Notes: generated by a model from the sequence alone, not told the origin. Shown: positions 18,427 to 28,092, numbered from the stretch's first letter. The stretch: 64,000 bases of DNA from a candidate division WWE3 bacterium CSP1-7 (GCA_001443395.1 LDXK01000001.1:32001-96000); one strand, 5' to 3'. Program-made: numbers and translations.

Positions 18427-19817
18427 CCCACACTTCCTTCCATCTCCAACTCTATTAGTCGATTCAATTCCACCGCGTATTCCAGAGGCAGGACCTTGAT
18501 GATTGGTTCGATGAAGCCGTTCACCACCATCCCCACCGCTTCTTCGGCAGAGAGCCCCCGGCTCTGCAGATAGAAGAGCTGTTCCTCGCCCACCTTCGTC
18601 ACCGTGGCTTCGTGCGCCACCGAAGACTGCTTCTCGTTGATCTTCATCGTCGGGTAGGTATCGGAACGGGACTGGGGATCTAAAATTAAGGCATCGCACC
18701 GGACATTGGCGCGGGAACCAACCGCACCGGGATTAATCTCCAGCAATCCCCGGTAACTGGTACGTCCCCCACCCCGGCTGATGGACTTAGAGGTGATGAC
18801 GGAGGAGGTGTAAGGCGCGGCGTGGATGGCCTTCGCGCCGGCGTCCTGGTGCTGACCGGAATCGGCATAGGCCAGGGACAGGACCTCTCCCCGCGCTCCC
18901 TTTCCCATCAGGTAGACCGAGGGATACTTCATCGTGACCTTGCTCCCCAGGTTACCGTCGATCCACTCCATCACTCCGTCCTCCCCCACCCAGGCCCGTT
19001 TGGTGACGAGGTTGTAGACGTTGCGGCTCCAGTTCTGGATGGTGGTGTAGCGGACCCTCGCTCCCCTCTTGACGATGATCTCCACCACCGCTGAGTGCAG
19101 GGAATCGGTCGAATAGACCGGAGCGGTGCACCCCTCGACGTAGTGGACGAAACTGCCTTCCTCCGCGATGATCAGCGTTCTCTCAAACTGTCCCATGCTG
19201 CGGGCGTTGATGCGGAAGTAGGCCTGGAGAGGGAGGGGAACTGAGACTCCCCGAGGCACGTAGACGAACGATCCCCCGCTCCAAACGGCGGAGTTAAGCG
19301 CTGCGAACTTGTTGTCCAGCGGAGGGATGAGTGTGCCAAAATACTCTCGGACCAGGTCGGGATGCTTCGAGAGCGCTTCGTCCATTCCCAGGAAAATGAC
19401 CCCTAGCTTCTCCAAATCCTCCCGCAGGGTACCGTAGATAACCTCGCTGTCATACTGCGCTTTCAATCCCGCCAGGTACTTCCGCTCCGCCTGCGGGACA
19501 CCGATCCGCTCATAGGTTTTGCGGATCGAATCCGGAACCTGCTTCCAACTCTTTGCTTGTTTACCGGTGGGACGAAGATAATAGTAGAGGTCGTCGAATT
19601 TTATCCGAGAGAGGTTCGCACCCCAGCCGGGGAGGGATTTCTTCTCGAAAATGCCGAGAGAGCGGAGCCGAAAATCTCGCATCCAGGCTGGTTCTCCCTT
19701 AATCGCCGACATCTCCTCCACCACTCGGGAGGAGAGTCCCTTCTGGGCCTTAAAAGAGTGCTCCTCAGGATAGGAGAAACCGAAGCGATAGGGTCGGGTG
19801 GGTAAACTCTTGGTCAT
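18423..19817 (-). CDS. sufB: Fe-S cluster assembly protein SufB
   Basis: GQFERTLI, YVEGCTAP, LHSAVVE, HEAT, EYAVELNRL. Confidence 0.97.
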   Translation of the reverse strand: MTKSLPTRPYRFGFSYPEEHSFKAQKGLSSRVVEEMSAIKGEPAWMRDFRLRSLGIFEKKSLPGWGANLSRIKFDDLYYYLRPTGKQAKSWKQVPDSIRKTYERIGVPQAERKYLAGLKAQYDSEVIYGTLREDLEKLGVIFLGMDEALSKHPDLVREYFGTLIPPLDNKFAALNSAVWSGGSFVYVPRGVSVPLPLQAYFRINARSMGQFERTLIIAEEGSFVHYVEGCTAPVYSTDSLHSAVVEIIVKRGARVRYTTIQNWSRNVYNLVTKRAWVGEDGVMEWIDGNLGSKVTMKYPSVYLMGKGARGEVLSLAYADSGQHQDAGAKAIHAAPYTSSVITSKSISRGGGRTSYRGLLEINPGAVGSRANVRCDALILDPQSRSDTYPTMKINEKQSSVAHEATVTKVGEEQLFYLQSRGLSAEEAVGMVVNGFIEPIIKVLPLEYAVELNRLIELEMEGSVG

Positions 19818-20524
19818 TTGAAAGATTTGTAACCGTCTTTTTCCAACTTCTCCGCCAGTTCTTCTCCGCCGGTGGCGGCGATCCGGCCATCAATCAAAAC
19901 GTGGACATAATTGGGGTTAAGGTACCTGAGAATTCGCTGATAGTGCGTGATAATTAGAACCCCCGTCCCCGCCTCCGCCAAAAACCGAATGCTCGCCGCG
20001 ATCATTTTCAGCGCGTCCACGTCCAAGCCGGAATCGATTTCGTCAAAGATAGCGAATTTCGGCCGCAGCGCCAACGCCTGCAGGACCTCACTGCGCTTCT
20101 TCTCGCCTCCGGAGAGATCGAGATTGACGGTTCGCCTCAGAAAACTCTCTTCTAATCCCACTCGAGGCATCGCCTCGTTCAAGCCCGCCAGAACATCCAT
20201 CGCCGCCGTTCCCTTCTTCGCCGTTTTGATGAGGTTGAAGAGGGAAACTCCCTCAATTCCCACGGGGTATTGAAAGGCCAGAAAGAGACCGGCCCGGAAG
20301 CGTTTTTCGGGAGAAAGAGAGGAGAGATTCCGTTGACCCAAGAGGATCCGTCCCGATACCGAATAACCGGGATGCCCGGCCAGCGCCAGCGCCAGGGTTG
20401 ATTTGCCGGAACCGTTTGGACCCATCAGAGCGTGGATCTCGCCGGGGCGGATTACCAGATCCACTCCCTGCAGAACCCTTTTGCTGCCCACGGAAACTTT
20501 TAGGTTACGGACTTCTAATTTCAT
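19814..20524 (-). CDS. sufC: Fe-S assembly ATPase SufC
   Basis: GPNGSGKST, LAFQYP, SGGEKKR, DSGLDVD, ITHYQRIL. Confidence 0.96.
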   Translation of the reverse strand: MKLEVRNLKVSVGSKRVLQGVDLVIRPGEIHALMGPNGSGKSTLALALAGHPGYSVSGRILLGQRNLSSLSPEKRFRAGLFLAFQYPVGIEGVSLFNLIKTAKKGTAAMDVLAGLNEAMPRVGLEESFLRRTVNLDLSGGEKKRSEVLQALALRPKFAIFDEIDSGLDVDALKMIAASIRFLAEAGTGVLIITHYQRILRYLNPNYVHVLIDGRIAATGGEELAEKLEKDGYKSFK

Positions 20525-20814
20525 ATAAAACCGAGCTGGGCCCGAGCCTCCCTCGACATCATCTGCATATTCCAGGGCGGAACCCAGACCACCGAGACCA
20601 AAGCCTTAGCCACGCCGGGAACGCCCCGCGCCGCTTTTTCAATGTCCTTAATCATTTTCGGAAGGTAGGGGCAGAAGGGGGTGGTCGGCGACATGGTAAT
20701 CCGGGCCTCTCCTCCATTAACGGTTACTCTATAGATCAGGCCCAGGTCCACGACATTTATCCCCAGCTCGGCATCATCCACTTTTTTTAAGGCCTGCAAG
20801 ATCTTATTTTTCAT
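20521..20814 (-). CDS. sufT: DUF59/SufT Fe-S maturation factor
   Basis: DAELGINVVDLGL, TTPFCP, PPWN..MS. Confidence 0.88.
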   Translation of the reverse strand: MKNKILQALKKVDDAELGINVVDLGLIYRVTVNGGEARITMSPTTPFCPYLPKMIKDIEKAARGVPGVAKALVSVVWVPPWNMQMMSREARAQLGFI

Positions 20815-20818
20815 GGAA

Positions 20819-21241
20819 CTATACCGGAATCAGCTTGTGCGGATTACCGGAAATCAGATCGGCCAGGGTCACTCGCTGGAGCGTCTTGTGCAGGTGGCGC
20901 TGAAGAACCTCCCAAAACCCCCGGGTAGCGCAATCGGAAAGAGAGCACTGGGAATCCTGGCAGGGAACGGTCTGCAGAGGCCCCTCCAGAACTTCCAAAA
21001 TCTCCACCAAACTTATCATTTCCGGGCGCCGCGTCAGCAGGTAGCCGCCGTGACGACCGCGCTGGGCGGTCAACAGCTGTGATTTTTTCAAGTCAAAGGC
21101 GATCTGTTCCAAGAAGGTTAGCGGGAGACGGCAGGAAGCAGCAATTTCCGAAAGAGAATGGGGTTTTTTGTCCAGATCTTTGGCGAGAGATGCCATTAAG
21201 AGAATCCCATAGTCTCCGCGAGAAGTGAGCAATCTTGGCAT
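20819..21241 (-). CDS. Rrf2-family (IscR-like) regulator
   Basis: FLEQI, RGRHGGY, three Cys in CQDSQCSLSDC; first gene of suf operon. Confidence 0.92.
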   Translation of the reverse strand: MPRLLTSRGDYGILLMASLAKDLDKKPHSLSEIAASCRLPLTFLEQIAFDLKKSQLLTAQRGRHGGYLLTRRPEMISLVEILEVLEGPLQTVPCQDSQCSLSDCATRGFWEVLQRHLHKTLQRVTLADLISGNPHKLIPV

Positions 21242-21250
21242 TTCAAATAA

Positions 21251-21280
21251 ATTATTACTAAAACAGTAATGATTAGTCAA
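21251..21280 (-). promoter_or_regulatory. suf promoter with overlapping Rrf2-type inverted repeat
   Basis: TTGACT -35, then ATTACT-GTTTT-AGTAAT inverted repeat running into the -10 region. Confidence 0.6.
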
Positions 21281-21330
21281 TTAACCAATAACTAGAGGAG
21301 GTAGTTGACTGGTGGAATTTCCGATAATTG

Positions 21331-21357
21331 GTGCTGTCTTCGCTCCGCTCGGTTGCA
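21331..21357 (+). repeat. Type C element
   Basis: GTGCTGTCTTCGCTCCGCTCGGTTGCA, near-identical to 37990-38017 and related to 61276-61303. Confidence 0.65.
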
Positions 21358-21398
21358 ATTTTTCTTTGCAAAAGTAGTGATAAAATTAGTGCGTCCAT

Positions 21399-21472
21399 TG
21401 CGGGATGGTGCAACGGTAGCACGGTGGACTCTGAATCCATTAATCTTGGTTCGAATCCAAGTCCCGCAGCCA
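21399..21472 (+). tRNA. tRNA-Gln (CTG)
   Basis: TGCGGGA/TCCCGCA acceptor, GTGGA-CTCTGAA-TCCAT anticodon arm, GGTTCGAATCC, CCA. Confidence 0.96.
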
Positions 21473-21505
21473 TTCGACTCTGGTTCGACAAGCTCACCAT
21501 CACTC

Positions 21506-21766
21506 ATGGCCTATTTTGTCTACATTCTTCGCACTTCCTCAAATACCCTCTATACGGGTCAAACTGACAATCTGGAACGCAGACTCAAAGACCATAGGGA
21601 GAAATCTTCTAGATCTGCAAAGTATATACGGTATTTCCCTTCTTTTGATCTGGTCTACACAGAAACATTTCCTTCAAGAATTGAAGCGATGCGAAGAGAA
21701 CTTCAACTCAAACGATGGTCAAAAGCTGAAAAGGAAGCCCTGATCTATAATCGGAGGAGTATTTGA
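21506..21766 (+). CDS. Small GIY-YIG nuclease (UPF0213/YhbQ-like)
   Basis: YFVYILR...LYTG.T..LERR..DH, AKY, EAMRRE.QLK. Confidence 0.9.
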   Translation: MAYFVYILRTSSNTLYTGQTDNLERRLKDHREKSSRSAKYIRYFPSFDLVYTETFPSRIEAMRRELQLKRWSKAEKEALIYNRRSI

Positions 21767-21767
21767 T

Positions 21768-22730
21768 ATGTTAATTGATGAGGTAACGATTAAAGTAAAT
21801 GCCGGTAATGGTGGAAGGGGGGCAGTTGCGTTCAATAAGACTTTAATGAGCCTAGGGCCGACAGGCGGAAGCGGCGGCAGGGGCGGCAGCGTTTATTTTG
21901 AAGGTGTTTCTGACTTAAACTCACTAAGTAGATTTAGATATAAGAAAAATATAAATGCTGATAATGGCGCGGTTGGAGGGGGACAATTTCGTGACGGTCC
22001 AGACGGAGAGGATCTGACGATAAAAATTCCTGTCGGAACTGTAATCTCTAAAATAGAGACAAACGAAACTGAAGAAATATTAAAAGTTGGCGATAAGATA
22101 TTAATTACAAAAGGCGGTATTGGTGGAAAAGGGAATTTTCTCTTCCGGTCTTCTACAAATACTTCTCCAAAGCAGTTTCAGGAAGGCCTGCCCGGCGAAC
22201 ACACCACCGTAAAACTGGAACTTAAACTTATCGCCGATGTAGGTTTTATCGGTTTACCGAACGCCGGGAAATCCAGTTTGTTGAATGAACTCACCAAAGC
22301 ACAAAGTAAGGTCGCGAATTACCCTTTCACAACCTTAGAACCAAATTTAGGAGCATATTATGAAATTATACTTGCGGATATTCCGGGACTTATCGAAGGC
22401 GCGTCTTCCGGCAAAGGATTGGGAATAAAATTTCTTCGCCACATTGAGCGCACAAAGATACTTTTCCATTTAATTTCCGCGGAATCGGAAAGTCCAGTCA
22501 AAGATTACAAAACAATCAAGAATGAGCTCGAAACTTACAGTAAGGAACTCATAAAGAAAACCGAGTACGTATTTCTAAGTAAGAGCGATATGGTAGAACC
22601 GGAAGATCTGAAGAAGAAAATTACTAAGATAAAGAAAATTAATAAAAATGTTTTCCCAGTTTCGATTCATGACTGGGAAAGCTTAAATAAAGTAAAAAAG
22701 ATTTTAAACGAGATTAAGGCGAAAAAATAA
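21768..22730 (+). CDS. obgE: GTPase ObgE/CgtA (no C-terminal extension)
   Basis: Gly-rich Obg domain, GLPNAGKS, YPFTT, DIPG, FLRHIER, SKSD. Confidence 0.95.
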   Translation: MLIDEVTIKVNAGNGGRGAVAFNKTLMSLGPTGGSGGRGGSVYFEGVSDLNSLSRFRYKKNINADNGAVGGGQFRDGPDGEDLTIKIPVGTVISKIETNETEEILKVGDKILITKGGIGGKGNFLFRSSTNTSPKQFQEGLPGEHTTVKLELKLIADVGFIGLPNAGKSSLLNELTKAQSKVANYPFTTLEPNLGAYYEIILADIPGLIEGASSGKGLGIKFLRHIERTKILFHLISAESESPVKDYKTIKNELETYSKELIKKTEYVFLSKSDMVEPEDLKKKITKIKKINKNVFPVSIHDWESLNKVKKILNEIKAKK

Positions 22731-22809
22731 GAAGGTCCTAGACCGACACGCACAGTCCACTCGACATACTACAGGATATGTGGTACAGTTTAATCTCCTC
22801 TTGTGATAG

Positions 22810-22888
22810 ATGAATACCGAGCTCTTCTAACGTATCTCGATGGTTCATCCGCACTGAGATATTAGAAAAAGCTATTAAGGTATTCATG
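22810..22888 (+). promoter_or_regulatory. Long 5' UTR hairpin burying RBS and AUG of the DEAD-box helicase
   Basis: ATGAATACC/GGTATTCAT, AGCT/AGCT, TTCTAA/TTAGAA, TATCTC/GAGATA nested pairings; TCGACA-17-TACAGT promoter upstream. Confidence 0.65.
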
Positions 22889-24094
22889 CGTCATTACTCC
22901 CGTAGACCGAGAAAACAAAATATCGGCGGCCCGAAGGCGTTTTATAACGGCCGACCCATTCGCTTCCCAAGGGATCAAGGCGCTTATATCAATCCCGAAA
23001 GATTCATTAATAAAGCCCTAGTTCAGGCGGACCAAGCTGATTTCGTGCCGCAACACCAATTTAAGGACTTCCCTTTGGAAGAGAGATTGCAACTCAATAT
23101 CAAAGCCCGAGGTTACACGGATCCGACTCCGATTCAAGATGCGGCTATTCAACCGATCTTAGAGGGCAAGGACCTGATTGGGTTGGCTAACACCGGCAGC
23201 GGCAAGACCGCCGCCTTTCTATTACCAATACTGCACCATTTAAGACAGTTCCCTTATCAAGAAGCGGCGGTTTTGGTTTTGGTCCCAACCAGAGAACTGG
23301 CAGCTCAGATCGACGAAGAATTTAAAGTTTTCGCCTGGGGTCTTAAACTCTATTCTGCGCTATGTGTTGGGGGAGCAAGTATAAATCGGCAGATCGCAGC
23401 TCTTAATCGCCGCCCCCAAGTCATCATCGGTACTCCAGGACGTCTTACGGACCTGTTCGACCGAGGAGTGCTGCGGTTGGACGGGATTCGGATTCTAGTT
23501 TTGGACGAGGTCGACCGAATGCTCGATATGGGATTTATTAGAGAAATTAGATTCTTGATAGCTCAACTACCAAGGGAGCGCCAGTCGCTCTGTTTTAGCG
23601 CCACAATGCCAACAGAGATCGAACAGTTAATGAGGGAAATGATGGTTAATCCCGTTACGGTATCAGTCAAAACGGGATTGACCAGCGAATTTATCGAGCA
23701 AGACGTCATCCAAGCTTCATCTAAAGAGCAGAAGATCGAAATCCTAAATGGGCTTCTGCACCAGCCCGATTTTGAAAAAGTCCTCGTTTTCGGAAGAACA
23801 AAATGGGGAGTCCAGGAGCTAGCCGATAGCTTATCGGCGCTGGGCCACTCGACCGAATCAATTCACGGCAATAAGTCGCAACCACAGCGTCAGCGCGCCC
23901 TAAGATCCTTTAAAGAAAACCGCGTCAAAGTGCTTATCGCGACCGATGTCGCCGCCCGCGGGCTGGATATCCCCGACGTCAGCCACGTCATTAACTTTGA
24001 TCAGCCCAATACTTACAACGATTATATCCACCGGATTGGTCGAACTGCCCGAGCCGGTAAGCAGGGTAAAGCCCTGACTTTTGTTTCTAGCTAA
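22886..24094 (+). CDS. DEAD-box RNA helicase (RhlE-like)
   Basis: PTPIQ, TGSGKT, PTRELA, TPGR, DEVD, SAT, ARGLD, HRIGRTAR. Confidence 0.96.
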   Translation: MRHYSRRPRKQNIGGPKAFYNGRPIRFPRDQGAYINPERFINKALVQADQADFVPQHQFKDFPLEERLQLNIKARGYTDPTPIQDAAIQPILEGKDLIGLANTGSGKTAAFLLPILHHLRQFPYQEAAVLVLVPTRELAAQIDEEFKVFAWGLKLYSALCVGGASINRQIAALNRRPQVIIGTPGRLTDLFDRGVLRLDGIRILVLDEVDRMLDMGFIREIRFLIAQLPRERQSLCFSATMPTEIEQLMREMMVNPVTVSVKTGLTSEFIEQDVIQASSKEQKIEILNGLLHQPDFEKVLVFGRTKWGVQELADSLSALGHSTESIHGNKSQPQRQRALRSFKENRVKVLIATDVAARGLDIPDVSHVINFDQPNTYNDYIHRIGRTARAGKQGKALTFVSS

Positions 24095-24170
24095 TGCATA
24101 GAGATATAATTGGTCCCGACCAACACGCTGAGTCATTCGACTCTGGTTCGGTGGTATAATTATTATAGGT

Positions 24171-24809
24171 ATGATTAAGAAAATTTTGATCTGGGCAGTT
24201 TTAATTTTAGGTCTAGCCGGGGCAACCTGGGGAATGGCGAAACTCGCCAGTGCCCCTAGTGGCAAAGCCGCCACTCTGGCAAACGCCGTTTCCGATTCCG
24301 ACTGGATCAGGGGGAAAAGGGGCGCCAAGGTTGTGCTAGTGGAGTACAGCGACTTTCAATGCCCGGCCTGCGCCTTTTATGCGCCGATCGTGAACAGTAT
24401 CATGGAAGAGTTCGGGGACAAAATCGCTTTTGTATATCGCCACTTCCCGCTCCCCCAACACAAGCAAGCTGAGTTGGCGGCCCGGGCGGCGGAAGCGGCC
24501 GGAAAACAAGGCAAGTTCTGGGAAATGGCCGATCTGATTTTTGTGAATCAAAAAGACTGGGCCGAAAAAAGCAATGCGCGGGAAACTCTCGTTTCCTACG
24601 CTCAACTCCTAAATCTGGATATGAATCGATTTGGAACGGAACTGGATTCCGCCGCGGTTAAAAAGGAGATCGAGAGCGATTACCTGAGCGGGGCCGCTAT
24701 CATCGACTACACTCCCACCTTCTTCCTGAACGGAGAGAGAATTCAAAATCCCCAGAGCTACGACGCTTTCCGCGAACTCATTATCCAGAAACTCAACCAA
24801 AATCCTTAA
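24171..24809 (+). CDS. Membrane-anchored DsbA-family oxidoreductase
   Basis: EYSDFQCPAC, RHFPL, TPTFFLNG. Confidence 0.92.
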   Translation: MIKKILIWAVLILGLAGATWGMAKLASAPSGKAATLANAVSDSDWIRGKRGAKVVLVEYSDFQCPACAFYAPIVNSIMEEFGDKIAFVYRHFPLPQHKQAELAARAAEAAGKQGKFWEMADLIFVNQKDWAEKSNARETLVSYAQLLNLDMNRFGTELDSAAVKKEIESDYLSGAAIIDYTPTFFLNGERIQNPQSYDAFRELIIQKLNQNP

Positions 24810-24898
24810 GCTCGTCCGCTGAGCGATATAGATTATCTCTCCCAATAAAAGGTAAAGTTATAGGAGATGTTACTCAAATCAAGAGGGGGTGATTTTTG

Positions 24899-25375
24899 AT
24901 GACGAATTGGCAGAAGACAACGCTTCTCCTCCTGAGGTTAGCCCTGGGTTGGGTTTTCCTCTACGCCGGCCTCACCAAGGTTCTCAGTCCTGATTGGACC
25001 GCCGCGGGGTATCTCAAAGGGGCGAAAACCTTCACCGATCTCTACCAGTGGTTCGCCGCCGACGCCAACATTGGCTGGGTCAGCTTCCTTAACCAGTGGG
25101 GACAGGTGCTGATCGGGGCCGCGATGATCCTGGGAATAGGAGTCCGAATTGCCTCCTGGGGCGGAGCCCTGATGATGCTTTTGTACTACTTCCCGGTCCT
25201 AGTTTTCCCCAAAATCGGGGCGAACAGCTACCTGGTGGACGAGCACATCATCTATGCGCTGGTTTTCTTGGTCTTCGGAGCGCTAGGAGCACAGAGCACT
25301 TGGGGAGTTTCCGCTTGGCTGAAGAGCAAGGGTTTGCTCCAAAAACCGGCTTGGTTGGCTAGGATACTGGGTTAG
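24899..25375 (+). CDS. DoxX-family membrane protein
   Basis: LRLALGWVFLYAGLTK, four hydrophobic segments, VDEH; RBS GAGGGGGTGA. Confidence 0.85.
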   Translation: MTNWQKTTLLLLRLALGWVFLYAGLTKVLSPDWTAAGYLKGAKTFTDLYQWFAADANIGWVSFLNQWGQVLIGAAMILGIGVRIASWGGALMMLLYYFPVLVFPKIGANSYLVDEHIIYALVFLVFGALGAQSTWGVSAWLKSKGLLQKPAWLARILG

Positions 25376-25383
25376 GAAAAATG

Positions 25384-25426
25384 GACGGCCGCCTATGGCG
25401 ACCTAGCATTTTGAAGAAACAAAATG
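25384..25426 (-). mobile_element. Type A mini-cassette at ndh start
   Basis: CATTTTG..CAAAATG-CTA-GGTCGCC ata GGCGGCC-GTC|CATTTTT. Confidence 0.8.
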
Positions 25427-26593
25427 AAAACAGAAAACATTGTTATCCTGGGCGGGGGCTTTGGTGGTTTTAGGACGGCCCTGAACCTAGAGAGGTCTCT
25501 CCGAAGAGATCGCCGGTATCGGATCATCCTAATCGATCAGAATACGTTCCACCTGTACACCGCCAGCTTGTACGAGGTGGCGACCGGAGAGCTTTCTCCC
25601 CGGTGTGTCCTCCTTCCTTTTCATCGCTGTCTCGACCACAAAAAAATTGATTTCATTAATGCGACCGCTACCGAGCTCGATCCGGTTAAAAAGATCATCA
25701 AAACCAGTTCCGGCGATCAAATCCCCTACTGGAAGCTGGTTTTCGCTTTGGGAGGTGACACCGAAGATTTCGGCATTCCGGGCGTGACTCAATTCGGCTT
25801 GGGGATAAAATCGGTTACCGACGCGGAGCGGATCCGCCAAAACCTGGCCCGTTGCGCCGTCACCAAGGGACAAGCGGTTAAGGTCGTCGTGGGCGGGGGC
25901 GGATTCGCCGGAGTTGAAGTGGCCGGGGAACTCACCGGATACCGCGGTTGTCCGGTCGAGGTGACGGTGATTGAAGCCGCTCCTCGAATCCTGAGCGGGC
26001 TTCCGGAAATAATTTCCAAAACCGTGTCCCAGAGACTCAATCTTCTCGGAGTAAAAATCACCACCTCCTCGCCCATCAAAGAAGTCGGGTCGGATCGAAT
26101 CCTTCTCGCCACCGGACGGGAAATCTCCTACGACGTCTTGATTTGGACGGCCGGGGTGCGGGGATCGCGTTTCCTAAACCCGAATGTTTTTCCGCTCGAT
26201 AAAAAGAAGGCTCTGGTCGTGGATCGGTATCTCCGCGTCAAGGGGTTCGAGGATATCTTCGTGGTGGGTGACAACGCCGCCACGGGAGTAGCTTGGACCG
26301 CCACCAAAGCTGAGGCGGATGGCAGGATCGCGGCCCGCAACATCGTCGCCCAGGTTCGCAAAAAGCCCCTGAGGGCTTACCGAGTCTTCGAACCGCCGTT
26401 CATTATCCCGGTCGGGAGAAATTGGGCAATCGCCAAGGTCGGTTCGATGATCTTCTGGGGAAGACCCGCTTCAATCCTCAAAGATTTAGTGCTTTTCAAC
26501 TACCTGATCAAAATTGTGCCAATTTGGAAGGCCTGGAAAATCTGGTGGCGGGGGGAATCCGAGGCACTGGAAATCAAGCGGCCCGTTTCCTAA
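25424..26593 (+). CDS. ndh: Type II NADH dehydrogenase-like FAD oxidoreductase
   Basis: GGGFGG and GGGFAGVEVAGE dinucleotide motifs, WTAGV, IFVVGD. Confidence 0.88.
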   Translation: MKTENIVILGGGFGGFRTALNLERSLRRDRRYRIILIDQNTFHLYTASLYEVATGELSPRCVLLPFHRCLDHKKIDFINATATELDPVKKIIKTSSGDQIPYWKLVFALGGDTEDFGIPGVTQFGLGIKSVTDAERIRQNLARCAVTKGQAVKVVVGGGGFAGVEVAGELTGYRGCPVEVTVIEAAPRILSGLPEIISKTVSQRLNLLGVKITTSSPIKEVGSDRILLATGREISYDVLIWTAGVRGSRFLNPNVFPLDKKKALVVDRYLRVKGFEDIFVVGDNAATGVAWTATKAEADGRIAARNIVAQVRKKPLRAYRVFEPPFIIPVGRNWAIAKVGSMIFWGRPASILKDLVLFNYLIKIVPIWKAWKIWWRGESEALEIKRPVS

Positions 26594-28032
26594 TCCAACT
26601 CGAGGATTTTTAACGCTCCCGCGATCCGGCTGACCGTCTTTTCCTTACCCAAAACATCCATGCACTCGAAGAGAGGAGGAGAAACGGCCTGTCCCGTCAC
26701 GGCAACTCTCAAGAGCATGAATAGTTCCGGGGCTTTCCACCCTTTTTCTTGGGACAGTCCTCGCGCCTCCTCTTCCAACCGCCCTGTCCTCCAGTCGTCC
26801 TCCTTCTCGAATCGGGCCAGAGCCTCCCTCAGTTTTTCCGCCGCCGATCCGGCCGATCCTCCCTGCTCGGCCAACTCTTCTTTGGTCCAAGCCACATCAT
26901 TGAAGAAAAATCCCGCCAGGCCTTCAAACTCCCCCAACTTCTTGATTCTTTCCTTAACCAAAGGCGAAATCTTCTGCAGGATCTCGGGGTCGACGTCTAA
27001 ACCGCGGTATGTTTTTAGGTATTCTCCTAACTTTTCCGCAAGCGTTTGATCCCCCAAAGCCCGGATGTATTCCCCATTCATCCAATCAAGTTTCTCTCGA
27101 TCAAAAACCGGGGCGGTCGGGGAAATGCGACGCAAGTCGAGCTTCTCCACCAATTCCTCAATCGAGAAGATCTCCTTCCCTTGCGGATGGGACCAACCCA
27201 AAAGCGCCAGGAAATTCAACAGGGCTTCAGGCAGATATCCTTCTTCCTTAAATTCGAGGATTCCCACCGATCCATGTCGTTTGGAAAGTTTGGCCCGACT
27301 CGCTTCCCTCAAGACCGGGAAGTGGGCAAATTTCGGCGGCTCCCATCCAAAGGCTTGATAAAGCAGAATGTGCTTGGGAGTGGAAGAGATCCATTCCTCG
27401 CCACGCAGCACATGAGTTATCCCCATTAGATGGTCGTCCACCACCACCGCCAGGTGATAAGTCGGATAGCCGTCCGATTTGATGAGAACCTGATCGTCCA
27501 GAACACTGTTCTCAAAGCCGATTTCGCCACGAATCAAATCGGCAAAAGATGTCCTCCCCTCTTCCGGAACTTTGAGCCTGATGACGAACTTCTCTTTTTT
27601 GGCCCGGGCGGCCGCAGCTTTGGGATCAATTTTCCGGCAGAATCGGTCATAGCGGGGCGAGAGACCTTTCTTCTGGGCCTGCTGGCGGACCTCCTCCAAA
27701 CGGGCCTCGCTGCAGAAGCAGTAATAGGCGTGGTCGTTTTTGACCAAATCCGCGGCGTGCTCCAGATAGATGGGCAAGCGCTCGGACTGGCGAAGAGGGC
27801 CTTCATCCCAACCAAAACCCAACCAAGTCAACGCCTCCAAGATCTGGCCCTCGGCCTGGGGCAGGAAGCGAGCCCGGTCCGTGTCTTCAATCCTCAAGAT
27901 AAATTTCCCATGGTTTTGCTTTGCCCAAGCCCAATTAAAGAGCGCGACATAGGCGGTGCCGACGTGGGGGGCGCCGGTGGGCGAAGGGGCGAGGCGCGTT
28001 TTGATCGCCGAAGATTCTTTTTTCGCCTTCAT
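26590..28032 (-). CDS. gltX: Glutamate--tRNA ligase
   Basis: APSPTG.PHVG, RIEDTD, KLSKR; start chosen 8 nt after TAAGAT (alternative 28050). Confidence 0.96.
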   Translation of the reverse strand: MKAKKESSAIKTRLAPSPTGAPHVGTAYVALFNWAWAKQNHGKFILRIEDTDRARFLPQAEGQILEALTWLGFGWDEGPLRQSERLPIYLEHAADLVKNDHAYYCFCSEARLEEVRQQAQKKGLSPRYDRFCRKIDPKAAAARAKKEKFVIRLKVPEEGRTSFADLIRGEIGFENSVLDDQVLIKSDGYPTYHLAVVVDDHLMGITHVLRGEEWISSTPKHILLYQAFGWEPPKFAHFPVLREASRAKLSKRHGSVGILEFKEEGYLPEALLNFLALLGWSHPQGKEIFSIEELVEKLDLRRISPTAPVFDREKLDWMNGEYIRALGDQTLAEKLGEYLKTYRGLDVDPEILQKISPLVKERIKKLGEFEGLAGFFFNDVAWTKEELAEQGGSAGSAAEKLREALARFEKEDDWRTGRLEEEARGLSQEKGWKAPELFMLLRVAVTGQAVSPPLFECMDVLGKEKTVSRIAGALKILELD

Positions 28033-28092
28033 CTGAAGAAATCTTAACATTTTCCCGGAAGAAGAGGGGGGAATTTTGATAGACTTGAGAGG

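Larger units (their letters stand above)
21471..24150. mobile_element. AT-rich segment at tRNA-Gln 3' end between 17-bp direct repeats
   Basis: CATTCGACTCTGGTTCG at 21471-21487 and 24134-24150; visibly AT-richer genes; no integrase. Confidence 0.5.

Noticed and set aside
17896-18699. 267-aa ORF-track version of sufD
   Set aside because: The N-terminal part is an off-frame overlap with sufB; the ATG at 18426 coupled to the sufB stop is the plausible start.
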